Source of the DNA: a virus | DNA: 64,000 nt | Virus record (IMG/VR): IMGVR_UViG_3300045988_154892 | Direction: 5' to 3' (one strand) | Shown: in pieces, positions 25,382 through 34,516 of the stretch | Position numbering within the stretch: position 1 is the first letter of the stretch | Layout: each line of letters opens with the position of its first letter | The notes under the pieces: model-generated | The model's input: the letters and a program-made list of their open reading frames with translations, nothing else | What the model was told of the DNA's origin: nothing | The model's database searches: none | Made by a program: the position numbers and the translations under genes

Positions 25382-26584
25382 ATTAAAATACAAAGATGTG
25401 AACAAATAATAATAAGAAAAACTCATCCTAAATTTAAAGTGATTGACCAGCAATGTTTTCATTCAAAGAATCTATACAATGAAGCTAATTATACAATTCG
25501 ACAAGAGTTTATAAAAAATAAAAGTTATATTAGTTATTATGATATGAATCGAGATTTTAAAACTCATGAAAATTATAAACTTACATTTAGCCAACCAGCG
25601 AATTGTATTTTGAGGTTGCTTGATAAGAATTGGAAATCTTATTTTAATGCAATAAAAGATTGGAAGCAGCATCCTGAGAAATATTTTGGGATGCCAAAAC
25701 TTCCAAAATATCTTAAAAAGGATGGAAGATACTTATGGATAATCCCTAACAATCAATGCCATTATGACTATGAAAAAAGTGCTGTGCATTTAAGCAATAG
25801 ACTGGTAAATGATTATGAATGGAAATGTAGATGTTTGGGGCGATTAATTCAAGTCAGATTTATTCCAAGAGGATCGTGTTATGTGATGGAAATTGTATAT
25901 GAAATAGAAGTTCCTAATACGAACAGAAAATCAAAGAATATAGTAGCTATTGATTTAGGTGTAGCTAATCTTGTAACTATGACAAATAATATCGGATTAA
26001 ATCCAATTATTATTAACGGCAAGGGACTCAAAAGTATAAATCAATATTATAATAAAAGACTTGCAAAAGAAAAATCGTCACTAAAGATCAGAAATGGTAA
26101 AGATTGGTCAAGGAAACTTAATATTATAACTTTTAAAAGATTTCAGAGAATAAAGAATTATATGCATAATACGAGTCGTTATATTGTCAATTGGTGTATC
26201 AAAAATAACATTGACACATTGGTTGTTGGTAAGAACGATGAGTGGAAACAAGGAAAGAAACGTATGCAGAATTTTACATTTATTCCATACGAAATATTAT
26301 TACAACAACTTAAATACAAATGTGAAAACGCTGGGATTAATTACATTGAGACTAATGAAAGTTATACATCTGGAACAAGTTTTTTAGATGAAGAAGAACC
26401 GACTAAACAAAACTATAATAAAGACAGACGAATTCAAAGAGGATTATTTAGAAGTAATTCTGGATTGCTTATTAATAGTGATGTAAATGGTTCGTTACAG
26501 ATTATGAAAAAAGTATTCCCAAAGGCGATTAGTCGATATGGGATAGAGGCTGTTCTAACGCCTATAGTTATAAATGCAGTGTAA
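25382..26584 (+). CDS. tnpB: TnpB (IS200/IS605 OrfB) RNA-guided nuclease family; non-canonical start
   Basis: IDLGVANLVT (RuvC-I), ETNESYTS, NGSLQI. Frame is open from 25364. First canonical start (GTG 25439) would cut off the N-terminal IKIQRCEQIIIRK. ATT 25382 lies 9 nt after GGAGG. Confidence 0.75.
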   Translation: MKIQRCEQIIIRKTHPKFKVIDQQCFHSKNLYNEANYTIRQEFIKNKSYISYYDMNRDFKTHENYKLTFSQPANCILRLLDKNWKSYFNAIKDWKQHPEKYFGMPKLPKYLKKDGRYLWIIPNNQCHYDYEKSAVHLSNRLVNDYEWKCRCLGRLIQVRFIPRGSCYVMEIVYEIEVPNTNRKSKNIVAIDLGVANLVTMTNNIGLNPIIINGKGLKSINQYYNKRLAKEKSSLKIRNGKDWSRKLNIITFKRFQRIKNYMHNTSRYIVNWCIKNNIDTLVVGKNDEWKQGKKRMQNFTFIPYEILLQQLKYKCENAGINYIETNESYTSGTSFLDEEEPTKQNYNKDRRIQRGLFRSNSGLLINSDVNGSLQIMKKVFPKAISRYGIEAVLTPIVINAV

Positions 26585-26639
26585 ATTGCATGATTTACTA
26601 TAAACGGATTTTATAATCCGATAGAGCATGGGTTTCAAC
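26540..26639 (+). ncRNA. omega/reRNA scaffold 3' part of tnpB element 1 (approximate)
   Basis: GGGATAG box 26540, as in element 2 at 41839; hairpin CGGATT/AATCCG 26605-26620; terminal GGGTTTCAAC 26630-26639. Confidence 0.35.
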
Positions 26640-26681
26640 GTAAAAATAATAGAAGAAAAACGTAAAGAAGGAGAAAAAATC

Positions 26682-28745
26682 ATGTTAGATCAGTTCGTAA
26701 TTTTCAAAGAAAAACTTCAGAAACATTTTGTGGAGATGACCAAGGACGCAGATAAGTTATTCGAAGTGGACGTAGACAAGGAGCTGCTGTGGGATACATA
26801 TCTCGATAGCTTTGCGCCAGGAACGAACAATATTTTTAGAGAGAGAAGAGAACATGACTGTACCTGCTGCCGCCAGTTCATTCGTACAATCGGCGCTGTG
26901 GTTGTAATCAAGGATAATAAAATGGAAAGTATTTGGGATGTAGATATGTCTGGAACTATTTATGAGCCGGTAGTCAAGGCACTTTCAAAACTTATCCATA
27001 ACGAAGAGGTAGTCGATGTTTTTGTAAGTCAGCTTAAAAATATTGGCACAGATAAGAACTTTGAAATGATCAACGGAAAATCGCATCAGTGGGATCATTT
27101 CTATATGGAACTTCCTACGAAATTTGTTTTTGATTCTTATAGATCTGTTGGAGAGATTCAAGGTGAATATAGGGATATCCGGAATGTGTTCAAACGTTCT
27201 CTTGACGAGATTACTATTGACTCTGTAGAGACAGTTTTAGAGTTGATCAATTCTAATACCCTGTATCGTGGAACAGAATGGAAAGTTCCACTTGTAGAAT
27301 TCAAGAAGTATAAAACAGAATATGATAAACTTCCAGAAGAAGAAAAAGATTTGTATGTTTGGGAGAAATCTCTGAAAGCAGGAGCTGTTATTGGCAAAAT
27401 CAGAAACCATTCTATTGGAACACTACTTGTAAATGTAAGTGAAGGAATGGATCTTGATACTGCAGTTAAAAAATATGAGCAGATCGTAGCACCCAGCAAC
27501 TATAAAAGAAGTAAACCAATTTATACTCAGAGAATGCTGGACGATGCAAAGAAAACTCTGACAGAACTTGGGTATATGGATTCTCTGAAGCGTCGCTTTG
27601 CAAATCTGGATGATATCACAGTAAATAATATTCTATTTTCTAATAAAGATGCAGCGAAGAGAATTTCTGGTAGAGGAGACATTTTTACAGAGATGTCAAA
27701 ATCTGTAGCAGTTAATCCAAAGAAATTTTCTAGAGTAGAAGAAGTGACAGCACAGGATTTCGTAGAAAAGGTTCTTCCGACCGCGAAAGAGGTTGAAGTA
27801 TTTGTAGAGAATAAACATGAGAAAAACTTTGTTTCTTTAATTGCCCCAGAAAATTCGAATGCCAACACAATGTTCAAATGGAACAATGGTCTGAGCTGGG
27901 CATATACAGGAAACATTACCGATTCTGATATCAAACAGAATGTAAAGAATGCTGGTGGAAATGTAGATGGAGTGCTTAGATTCTCTATTATGTGGAACGA
28001 GGATCAGAATGACAACAGTGATCTTGATGCTCACTGTATTGAACCAAATGGTCATGAAATCTATTTTGGTAGTGATAGAAAACCATCTATGTCGAAACTT
28101 GGTGGTCAGCTTGATATTGATGTGATTGAGCCATATAGCAGTATGCCAGGGAAGCCAGCAGTGGAAAATATTACATGGCAGGACAAATCGAGAATGATTC
28201 CTGGCGCATACAGATTCTTTGTAAATCAGTATACCAACCGAGGAAGTAAAGGATTTAAAGCAGAAATTGAATTCGATGGCGAGATCTATTCGTTTGAATA
28301 CAATAACCCAGTGCGTGGAGACGTAGACGTCGCAGAAGTAATTATGGATAAGAACGGAAACTTTACCATCAAAGAAAAACTTTTTGGTCACTCGGTTACT
28401 TCTAGTAGAGAAGTATGGGGAGTAAAGACAAATCAGTTTACACCTGTATCTGTAATCAGTTACAGCCCGAACTATTTTGATGAGCAGAATGGGATCGGGA
28501 ATAAACATCTTTTCTTCTTCCTGAATGGATGCGTAAATCCAGAACAGCCGAATGGTTTCTTTGTGGAATATCTTAAGAATGAATTAGTTCCACATCGTAA
28601 AGTATTTGAAGCACTTGGCGCAAAGTGTAGTGTAACAGACGTCGATGATCAGCTCTCTGGTGTTGGTTTTAGTCTGACGCAGCGCAATGAGCTTATCGTT
28701 AAAGTAAAAGGTGCAACAGAAAGAATCATTAAAATTAAATTTTAA
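26682..28745 (+). CDS. large conserved hypothetical protein (687 aa), C-terminal DUF2135-like segment
   Basis: ATG behind AAGGAGAAAA; HDCTCCRQF near the N-terminus; LRFSIMWNEDQNDNSDLDAHCIEPNGHEIYF...GGQLDIDV...VENITW resembles DUF2135 as I recall it. Confidence 0.6.
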   Translation: MLDQFVIFKEKLQKHFVEMTKDADKLFEVDVDKELLWDTYLDSFAPGTNNIFRERREHDCTCCRQFIRTIGAVVVIKDNKMESIWDVDMSGTIYEPVVKALSKLIHNEEVVDVFVSQLKNIGTDKNFEMINGKSHQWDHFYMELPTKFVFDSYRSVGEIQGEYRDIRNVFKRSLDEITIDSVETVLELINSNTLYRGTEWKVPLVEFKKYKTEYDKLPEEEKDLYVWEKSLKAGAVIGKIRNHSIGTLLVNVSEGMDLDTAVKKYEQIVAPSNYKRSKPIYTQRMLDDAKKTLTELGYMDSLKRRFANLDDITVNNILFSNKDAAKRISGRGDIFTEMSKSVAVNPKKFSRVEEVTAQDFVEKVLPTAKEVEVFVENKHEKNFVSLIAPENSNANTMFKWNNGLSWAYTGNITDSDIKQNVKNAGGNVDGVLRFSIMWNEDQNDNSDLDAHCIEPNGHEIYFGSDRKPSMSKLGGQLDIDVIEPYSSMPGKPAVENITWQDKSRMIPGAYRFFVNQYTNRGSKGFKAEIEFDGEIYSFEYNNPVRGDVDVAEVIMDKNGNFTIKEKLFGHSVTSSREVWGVKTNQFTPVSVISYSPNYFDEQNGIGNKHLFFFLNGCVNPEQPNGFFVEYLKNELVPHRKVFEALGAKCSVTDVDDQLSGVGFSLTQRNELIVKVKGATERIIKIKF

Positions 28746-28763
28746 TAAAGGAGAATATGAATT

Positions 28764-29144
28764 ATGAGTAATATGTTTGAAAAAGCAGTAAAAGGTAAAT
28801 ATCGGTTCCCGTATAAGGGACAGATTGCAGTAGAAGATTTATATGATCTTCCGCTTGGATCGCTGGATACAGTGTTTAAGACGCTGAATGCAGAAGTAAA
28901 GAAGACGGATGAAGAAAGTCTGCTTCAGACTAAATCCGAGGAAGATGATATTCTTGCGACTAAGATTGAGATTGTAAAATATATCTTTAATGAGAAACTG
29001 GAAGAGAAAAAGAATCGGCAGGAAGCTGCAGAACGTAAAGAGAAGAAACAGAAGATTATGCAGATTATTGCTACAAAACAGGATGAAGCACTTCGAAATG
29101 CGTCCGTTGAAGATCTGCAGAAAATGCTTGATGAATTAGACTAA
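28764..29144 (+). CDS. hypothetical coiled-coil protein
   Basis: ATG behind AAAGGAGAATA; Glu/Lys-rich helix. Confidence 0.55.
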   Translation: MSNMFEKAVKGKYRFPYKGQIAVEDLYDLPLGSLDTVFKTLNAEVKKTDEESLLQTKSEEDDILATKIEIVKYIFNEKLEEKKNRQEAAERKEKKQKIMQIIATKQDEALRNASVEDLQKMLDELD

Positions 29145-29197
29145 AAAAATGGCTGGCTGGTATAAAACTGGTCAGCCAAACTTATAAGGTGATTATT

Positions 29198-29362
29198 ATG
29201 ACGCAAGAAGAACACGATCGAAAAATTCTTATTGAACGAGCAGCTGTAGAAGAACTTTTACTGAAAGAACATATTAGTGTTCCTGCAGCATACGAACGTG
29301 TCAGAGAATATGTAGACAGATTCGAAAAAGAATCGAAATTAGAAATTAGTAACGATTACTAA
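29198..29362 (+). CDS. hypothetical 54-aa protein
   Basis: ATG behind AAGGTGA. Confidence 0.4.
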   Translation: MTQEEHDRKILIERAAVEELLLKEHISVPAAYERVREYVDRFEKESKLEISNDY

Positions 29363-29387
29363 AATTTTGGAAAGTGAGGAAAAAATA

Positions 29388-29525
29388 ATGGAAAACACGA
29401 TGTCTGAATTAAAGGAATATCTTGATAGATTAGGAATTTCAACGGATGGCAAAACCGTAGAAGAAGTGATGTCAGAAATTGCAAGTGTCTGGAATAAACT
29501 TGCAGAAGATAAAGAGGAAATTTAA
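29388..29525 (+). CDS. hypothetical 45-aa protein
   Basis: ATG behind GTGAGGA. Confidence 0.4.
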   Translation: MENTMSELKEYLDRLGISTDGKTVEEVMSEIASVWNKLAEDKEEI

Positions 29526-29731
29526 TGTTTGGATTAGTCTTAAAAAGCGAATACAATCACATGAAAGATTTTGCTCAGTCAATTATTCATAATTTAAGAG
29601 ATGACTTGGAATACGAGAGAAAGGAAACTCTATATTGGATGTGTAAATACGATGGCACAGTGGGAGACGATGTGTCATTTGAGGACTGGGTAAAGAGATT
29701 TGACGAAGTAAGAGAGGAGAATAAACAATGA
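29525..29731 (+). CDS. hypothetical protein
   Basis: TAATG overlap; AAGAGGA SD. Confidence 0.45.
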   Translation: MFGLVLKSEYNHMKDFAQSIIHNLRDDLEYERKETLYWMCKYDGTVGDDVSFEDWVKRFDEVREENKQ

Positions 29732-30240
29732 GAACTTTAATTGTAGTAGATGTGCAGAATGATTTCGTAAATGGTAGCCTTGGATCGGAAGAAGCACAGG
29801 CGATTATTCCGAATGTGAAAAAGAAAATTGAAGAGTATTATAATCGTGGAGATCAAATTATCTTTACAAGAGATACGCATTATGACGATTACTTAAATAC
29901 TCCGGAGGGAAGAAAACTTCCAGTAAAACATTGTATTTTTGGAACAAATGGATGGAAGGTTGTGAGCGACCTTGAGGTTCCTAACTGCAGATATGTAAAC
30001 AAAAGTACTTTTGGAATTTTGCAGTGGAGAAATATGACATGGATTGGAGATGGTGATATCGATCTGGTCGGTTTGTGTACGGATATATGTGTAATTTCAA
30101 ATGCATTAGTCCTTAAAGCTATGTTTCCAAATACGGAAATTACAGTAGACGCAGGCTGTTGCGCGGGATCTACACCAGAGAGACATAAGGCAGCACTCGA
30201 AGTTATGAAAAGTTGCCAGATTAATGTGATTGGAGAATAG
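29728..30240 (+). CDS. pncA: nicotinamidase / isochorismatase-family hydrolase
   Basis: LIVVDVQNDF ... FTRDTH ... LVGLCTDICV (catalytic Cys). Confidence 0.8.
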   Translation: MRTLIVVDVQNDFVNGSLGSEEAQAIIPNVKKKIEEYYNRGDQIIFTRDTHYDDYLNTPEGRKLPVKHCIFGTNGWKVVSDLEVPNCRYVNKSTFGILQWRNMTWIGDGDIDLVGLCTDICVISNALVLKAMFPNTEITVDAGCCAGSTPERHKAALEVMKSCQINVIGE

Positions 30241-30244
30241 AGAT

Positions 30245-31060
30245 ATGATTACTTTAAATAGTAAAGAAGTAAAAGTAGAACACTTTCCAGATGGAACACA
30301 GAGAATCGTACTAGATGATTGTTTTTATCAGAAATATAACAACATTACATGGAAGTATGAAAAAGAAGAAGAACTTTCAACGCTGATTTATATTACAAAA
30401 CATTTAAAAAATTTTCCATATATTAAATCAATTGATCTTACAATGTTTTATCTTCCGAATGCCAGAATGGACAGAATCCATGATCAGGGCGAGGTTTTTA
30501 CATTAAAATGGTTCGCTGATGTTATTAATTGGCTCGAATTTGATAGAGTAGAGGTACTTGATGTTCATAGTAATGTTGGAGCAGCGCTTTTGAATAGAGT
30601 ATATGTCTTTAATCCAAGAGAATATATTGATGAAGTAATTGAGCAGATTAGTAAAGAAAATCTTATTCTTTATTTTCCGGATGCCGGTAGTTCGAAAAGA
30701 TATTCTGGATTGTTTTCTGACATTCCGTATTGCTATGGTGAGAAAAATCGAGATTGGAATACAGGAAAAATTCTTGGACTCAAAATCAGAGATAACGGTA
30801 TTGATCTTAAAGGTAAAAAAGTTTTGATGATTGATGACATCATTTCATATGGCGGTTCTTTATATTATAGTGCAAAAGCGTTGAAAGAACGTTGTGTAGA
30901 TAGAATTTATGCTTATGCATCACATACCGAAAATTCAGTTCTTGATAGAGAAAAAGGAACATTAATCAAATCACTTGAAGATGGAACAGTTGAAAGATTA
31001 TTTACAACAGACAGTCTTTTCACAGGAAAACACGATAAAATCACAGTTATGGAGGTCTAA
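30245..31060 (+). CDS. prs: ribose-phosphate pyrophosphokinase-like enzyme (Prs family; Adps candidate)
   Basis: FPDGTQRI, LDVHSN, KKVLMIDDIISYGGSL PRPP-type loop; shorter than a housekeeping Prs. Confidence 0.75.
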   Translation: MITLNSKEVKVEHFPDGTQRIVLDDCFYQKYNNITWKYEKEEELSTLIYITKHLKNFPYIKSIDLTMFYLPNARMDRIHDQGEVFTLKWFADVINWLEFDRVEVLDVHSNVGAALLNRVYVFNPREYIDEVIEQISKENLILYFPDAGSSKRYSGLFSDIPYCYGEKNRDWNTGKILGLKIRDNGIDLKGKKVLMIDDIISYGGSLYYSAKALKERCVDRIYAYASHTENSVLDREKGTLIKSLEDGTVERLFTTDSLFTGKHDKITVMEV

Positions 31061-31061
31061 T

Positions 31062-32534
31062 ATGAGAAACATTTCTTTTATGCTGATGGCAGACACATAT
31101 AAAAATACAAATCCAGATGCTCTTCCGGCAGGTCTTACAAAATTAACTTCCTATATTACTCCAAGAAAGTCAATGTTTAAAAATCTGAATGAAGTAGTGT
31201 TCTTTGGATTACAGTGCTTTATTAAGGAATATATGATTGAATTAGCAAACGAAACGTTCTTCAAAAGACCAAAAGAAGAGGTTGTTGCAGAATATAAAGA
31301 ATATCTGGATAATCAGATCGGTTCTCAGAGTTATGATCTTGGACGTATCGAAAAATTATGGGATCTGCAGTATTTACCTGTAGAGATCAAAGCTCTTCCA
31401 GAAGGATCTGTTGTAACAATGGGAGTCCCGTGTATCGAGATGAGTAACGCACATCCGGATTTCGCATGGACGGTACAATGGCTGGAATGCATTATGCAGT
31501 CTTTTATTTTTGGGACATGCAACTGGGCAACTGTAGGTCATAAATATAGAACACTCGCAAACGAGTTTTATGAAAAAACAACCGATAATAAAAATCCAGC
31601 AATGGCAATGGCAGATTTTGGATTCAGAGGGCTTGGCATCGAGAACGGTATCCACGCCAGCTCTTCATGGCTTCTGTCATTTGACAAAACCTCTACAATT
31701 CCAGCAACCCAGTATATTGATAAGATGTACAATGCAGATTGCGTCAAAAATCATATTGGAATCGGAGCAGTTAGCCTGGAACATGCAACAGTATGCAGTA
31801 ATTTGGCAGTATGTGAAACCGAGGAGAATTTATTAAAAAGACTGTTGACAGATACGTACAAGAATACTTCTTTCAGCTATGTCTCTGACACTTTCGATTA
31901 TTGGAAACTTATTGAAGAAGCGCTTCCAAAACTCAAGAAAGAAATTGAGGAGCATAATGGTAAATTCCTTGTACGCCCTGATAGTGGAGATATTGTTGAA
32001 ATTTCAGTAAAAACAGTTCAGAAACTGTACGAGATTTTTGGCGGAAGTGTAAATTCCAAAGGGTATAAAGAGCTGAATCCAAAGATTGGTATTATTTATG
32101 GAGATGGCTGTCAGTACAGTAAAATCAAAGAAATTTGGACACAGCTTGAAAAACTTGGATTTGCTGCAGATACGATCCTTTTTGGAGTAGGTGCATTCTC
32201 ATTTTCAGCAATGTGTACTCCGGAAGATGGAATGGTTTGCCTAACTAGAGACACATTTGGATTTGCTATGAAAAGTACCTATTGTGTAATTGATGGAAAA
32301 GAATATACCATTCAGAAAAATCCAAAAACGGATAGAAATAATTTAAAGAAATCACATAAAGGTCTTTGCCGTGTTGTGAAAGAAGGTAATAATTTTGTAT
32401 GCCATGATGGATATACAGAAGATACGATTCCAGAAGAAAATGAATTAAAACTTATCTTTAAAAATGGAGAATTAGTAAAAGAGCAGACCTTTGGAGAAAT
32501 CAGAGAAAGACTGAATGGAGAAAATCATGATTGA
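31062..32534 (+). CDS. nadV: nicotinamide phosphoribosyltransferase-like enzyme (NadV/Nampt family; Namat candidate)
   Basis: ADTYK, DFGFRGLG, LVRPDSGD, IIYGDG. Confidence 0.8.
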   Translation: MRNISFMLMADTYKNTNPDALPAGLTKLTSYITPRKSMFKNLNEVVFFGLQCFIKEYMIELANETFFKRPKEEVVAEYKEYLDNQIGSQSYDLGRIEKLWDLQYLPVEIKALPEGSVVTMGVPCIEMSNAHPDFAWTVQWLECIMQSFIFGTCNWATVGHKYRTLANEFYEKTTDNKNPAMAMADFGFRGLGIENGIHASSSWLLSFDKTSTIPATQYIDKMYNADCVKNHIGIGAVSLEHATVCSNLAVCETEENLLKRLLTDTYKNTSFSYVSDTFDYWKLIEEALPKLKKEIEEHNGKFLVRPDSGDIVEISVKTVQKLYEIFGGSVNSKGYKELNPKIGIIYGDGCQYSKIKEIWTQLEKLGFAADTILFGVGAFSFSAMCTPEDGMVCLTRDTFGFAMKSTYCVIDGKEYTIQKNPKTDRNNLKKSHKGLCRVVKEGNNFVCHDGYTEDTIPEENELKLIFKNGELVKEQTFGEIRERLNGENHD

Positions 32535-33033
32535 AATTATCGAAGGAAATTTATTTGATACGGATGCAAAATTTATTTGTCATCAGGTAAATTGTATGGG
32601 AAAGATGGGATCTGGCGTGGCTTTGCAGGTCAGACAGCGATTTCCACATGTATACGAAGAATATAAAAAGGTAGCATCATCGGATATGCTGGGGAAAGTA
32701 CAAATTGTACCAGTCAAGCCAAAATATATTGGATACGACTGTGGATCGATTGCGATTCCAAGTAATGAACAGTGGATTTGTAATTTCTTTGCACAAGATA
32801 ACTATGGATATGACGGAAAACAATATACTTCTCTGGAAGCATTAGAAAAGTGTTTTAGAACTATGTGTCGGAAAGCACATGAAAGGAACAATAATTTTAG
32901 TGCAACAATTGCTATGCCATATAAGATCGGCTGTGATCGTGGTGGAGCAGATTGGGACGAAGTATATTCAATGATGCAGAAGATTTTTAATGAACTTGAT
33001 ACTCATGTTGAACTGTGGAAATTAAATCAGTAA
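32527..33033 (+). CDS. macro domain protein (ADP-ribose binding/hydrolase)
   Basis: IIEGNLFDTDAKFICHQVNCMGKMGSGVALQV. Confidence 0.75.
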   Translation: MIEIIEGNLFDTDAKFICHQVNCMGKMGSGVALQVRQRFPHVYEEYKKVASSDMLGKVQIVPVKPKYIGYDCGSIAIPSNEQWICNFFAQDNYGYDGKQYTSLEALEKCFRTMCRKAHERNNNFSATIAMPYKIGCDRGGADWDEVYSMMQKIFNELDTHVELWKLNQ

Positions 33034-33050
33034 AGGAGAGGAGAATAGAT

Positions 33051-33809
33051 ATGTATACTTTTGATGCAAAAGAAACAAAAAATAAGATTGTCGAGTGGAT
33101 TAAAATGTTCTTTGAGCAGAATGGGAAAGATTGTATTGCCACAGTAGGTCTTTCAGGGGGTAAAGATTCAAGCATTGTTGCGGCTCTCTGTGTGGAAGCT
33201 CTTGGAAAGAATAGAGTTTTAGGTGTGCTCATGCCAGACGGAGAACAGGCAGATATTGAAGATGCCTATGAAGTTGCTAAACATTTAGGTATTGAATACT
33301 GTACTGTAAATATTCATCCAGCAATTCTTGCGCTAAAGCACGAAATCAGACCACAAATTGGTGATCATTGGTCAAAACAGACATCAATTAATCTGCCTCC
33401 TCGAATCAGAATGACAACACTTTATGCAATTTCACAGAGTATGAATGGACGAGTTGCTAATACATGCAATCTTTCGGAAACACTCTTATCTTGGGAAACT
33501 CGCTGGGGCGATGCAGTAGGAGACTTTGCACCATTAAAGGATTTCACAGTACAGGAAGTAAAAGCTATTGGATATGAGACGATTCTACTGAAAAAGATGG
33601 TTGACAAAACGCCGTCAGACGGATTATGTGGATCTTCTGATGAAAGCGCTCTTGGATTTAAATATTCTGTATTCGATCGGTATGCAAGAACAGGTGAAAT
33701 TGATGATGCTGCAGTAAAAGCTATTATCGATGCAAGGGTTGAAAAATACAGATTCAAGAGAAGACCAATTCCATATTTTGAAAGTGGTCTGAAATCATAT
33801 TTAGACTGA
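33051..33809 (+). CDS. nadE: NH3-dependent NAD+ synthetase
   Basis: PP-loop GLSGGKDSS; TPSDGL. Confidence 0.85.
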   Translation: MYTFDAKETKNKIVEWIKMFFEQNGKDCIATVGLSGGKDSSIVAALCVEALGKNRVLGVLMPDGEQADIEDAYEVAKHLGIEYCTVNIHPAILALKHEIRPQIGDHWSKQTSINLPPRIRMTTLYAISQSMNGRVANTCNLSETLLSWETRWGDAVGDFAPLKDFTVQEVKAIGYETILLKKMVDKTPSDGLCGSSDESALGFKYSVFDRYARTGEIDDAAVKAIIDARVEKYRFKRRPIPYFESGLKSYLD

Positions 33810-33847
33810 TTTGCATTCTAAAATAACCTTAATAATTTGATATCATG

Positions 33848-33902
33848 AGCGTTCTACAATCAATTCTAATTCACTAGGTATATAAATTGTAGAACGCTTT
33901 TT
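33848..33902 (+). terminator. rho-independent terminator closing the NAD cluster
   Basis: 13-bp perfect stem AGCGTTCTACAAT / ATTGTAGAACGCT, T5 tail. Confidence 0.75.
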
Positions 33903-33974
33903 GAAAATGGATTCTAAGAGAATAATCTTACATAGAATGATATAACTATTTACATAAAGAGAGGACAAAAATCA

Positions 33975-34253
33975 GTGACTATTAAAGATGTATTAGATGA
34001 TATTGACTGCATGATCAACACACTTTGCCTTGCAAAACGGGAACTAGGCTATGCAGTAGTATATGAAAGTGAAAGAAACATTCTAAACGAAGATCAGTGG
34101 ATCGGATTTATCAAAGATCATCAGCAGCCAAGCGGAACAATTATCAGAGAGGGATTAAAACAGGTTAGCCGTGTTTCTCGCAAACTGGCTGATGAAGTTG
34201 TGTACGGCAAAGAAGATTCTAATAAAATTTGTAGAGGAGATATGGATGAATAA
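33975..34253 (+). CDS. hypothetical protein
   Basis: GTG behind AGAGAGG. Confidence 0.45.
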   Translation: MTIKDVLDDIDCMINTLCLAKRELGYAVVYESERNILNEDQWIGFIKDHQQPSGTIIREGLKQVSRVSRKLADEVVYGKEDSNKICRGDMDE

Positions 34254-34503
34254 GATCATCGAGGAAGATTTCGAATGTCTTGATAAGCATATAACAAAAG
34301 CATTGACATTCGATAAAGACAATTTATATAAAATTTCGGACTTTATCGAACTACTACAGAAAGCGATGGAGAAATATGGTGATAAAGAAATTGCTACACA
34401 TGATATGAATTTTGACGTTATTTCAGGGATTACATGGCCCTATATTTATTTTGATGAGACTGCAGGTGTCGATAATAATGGTATGATTTGTATTTTTGAA
34501 TAG
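34246..34503 (+). CDS. hypothetical protein
   Basis: ATG behind AGAGGAG; start moved from 34171. Confidence 0.45.
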   Translation: MNKIIEEDFECLDKHITKALTFDKDNLYKISDFIELLQKAMEKYGDKEIATHDMNFDVISGITWPYIYFDETAGVDNNGMICIFE

Positions 34504-34516
34504 GAGAAAAGGAAAT

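Noticed and set aside
27837-28508. 223-aa minus-strand ORF (with others at 27158-27499 and 27527-27934) inside the large + strand gene
   Set aside because: It is an antisense shadow of a well-supported 687-aa + strand ORF. It has no SD and an odd composition, and every other gene but one is on the + strand.
29150-29180. Hairpin TGGCTG.../...CAGCCA after gene 28764 as a + strand terminator
   Set aside because: The A-run precedes the stem and no T-run follows it, so on the + strand it is not a canonical intrinsic terminator.
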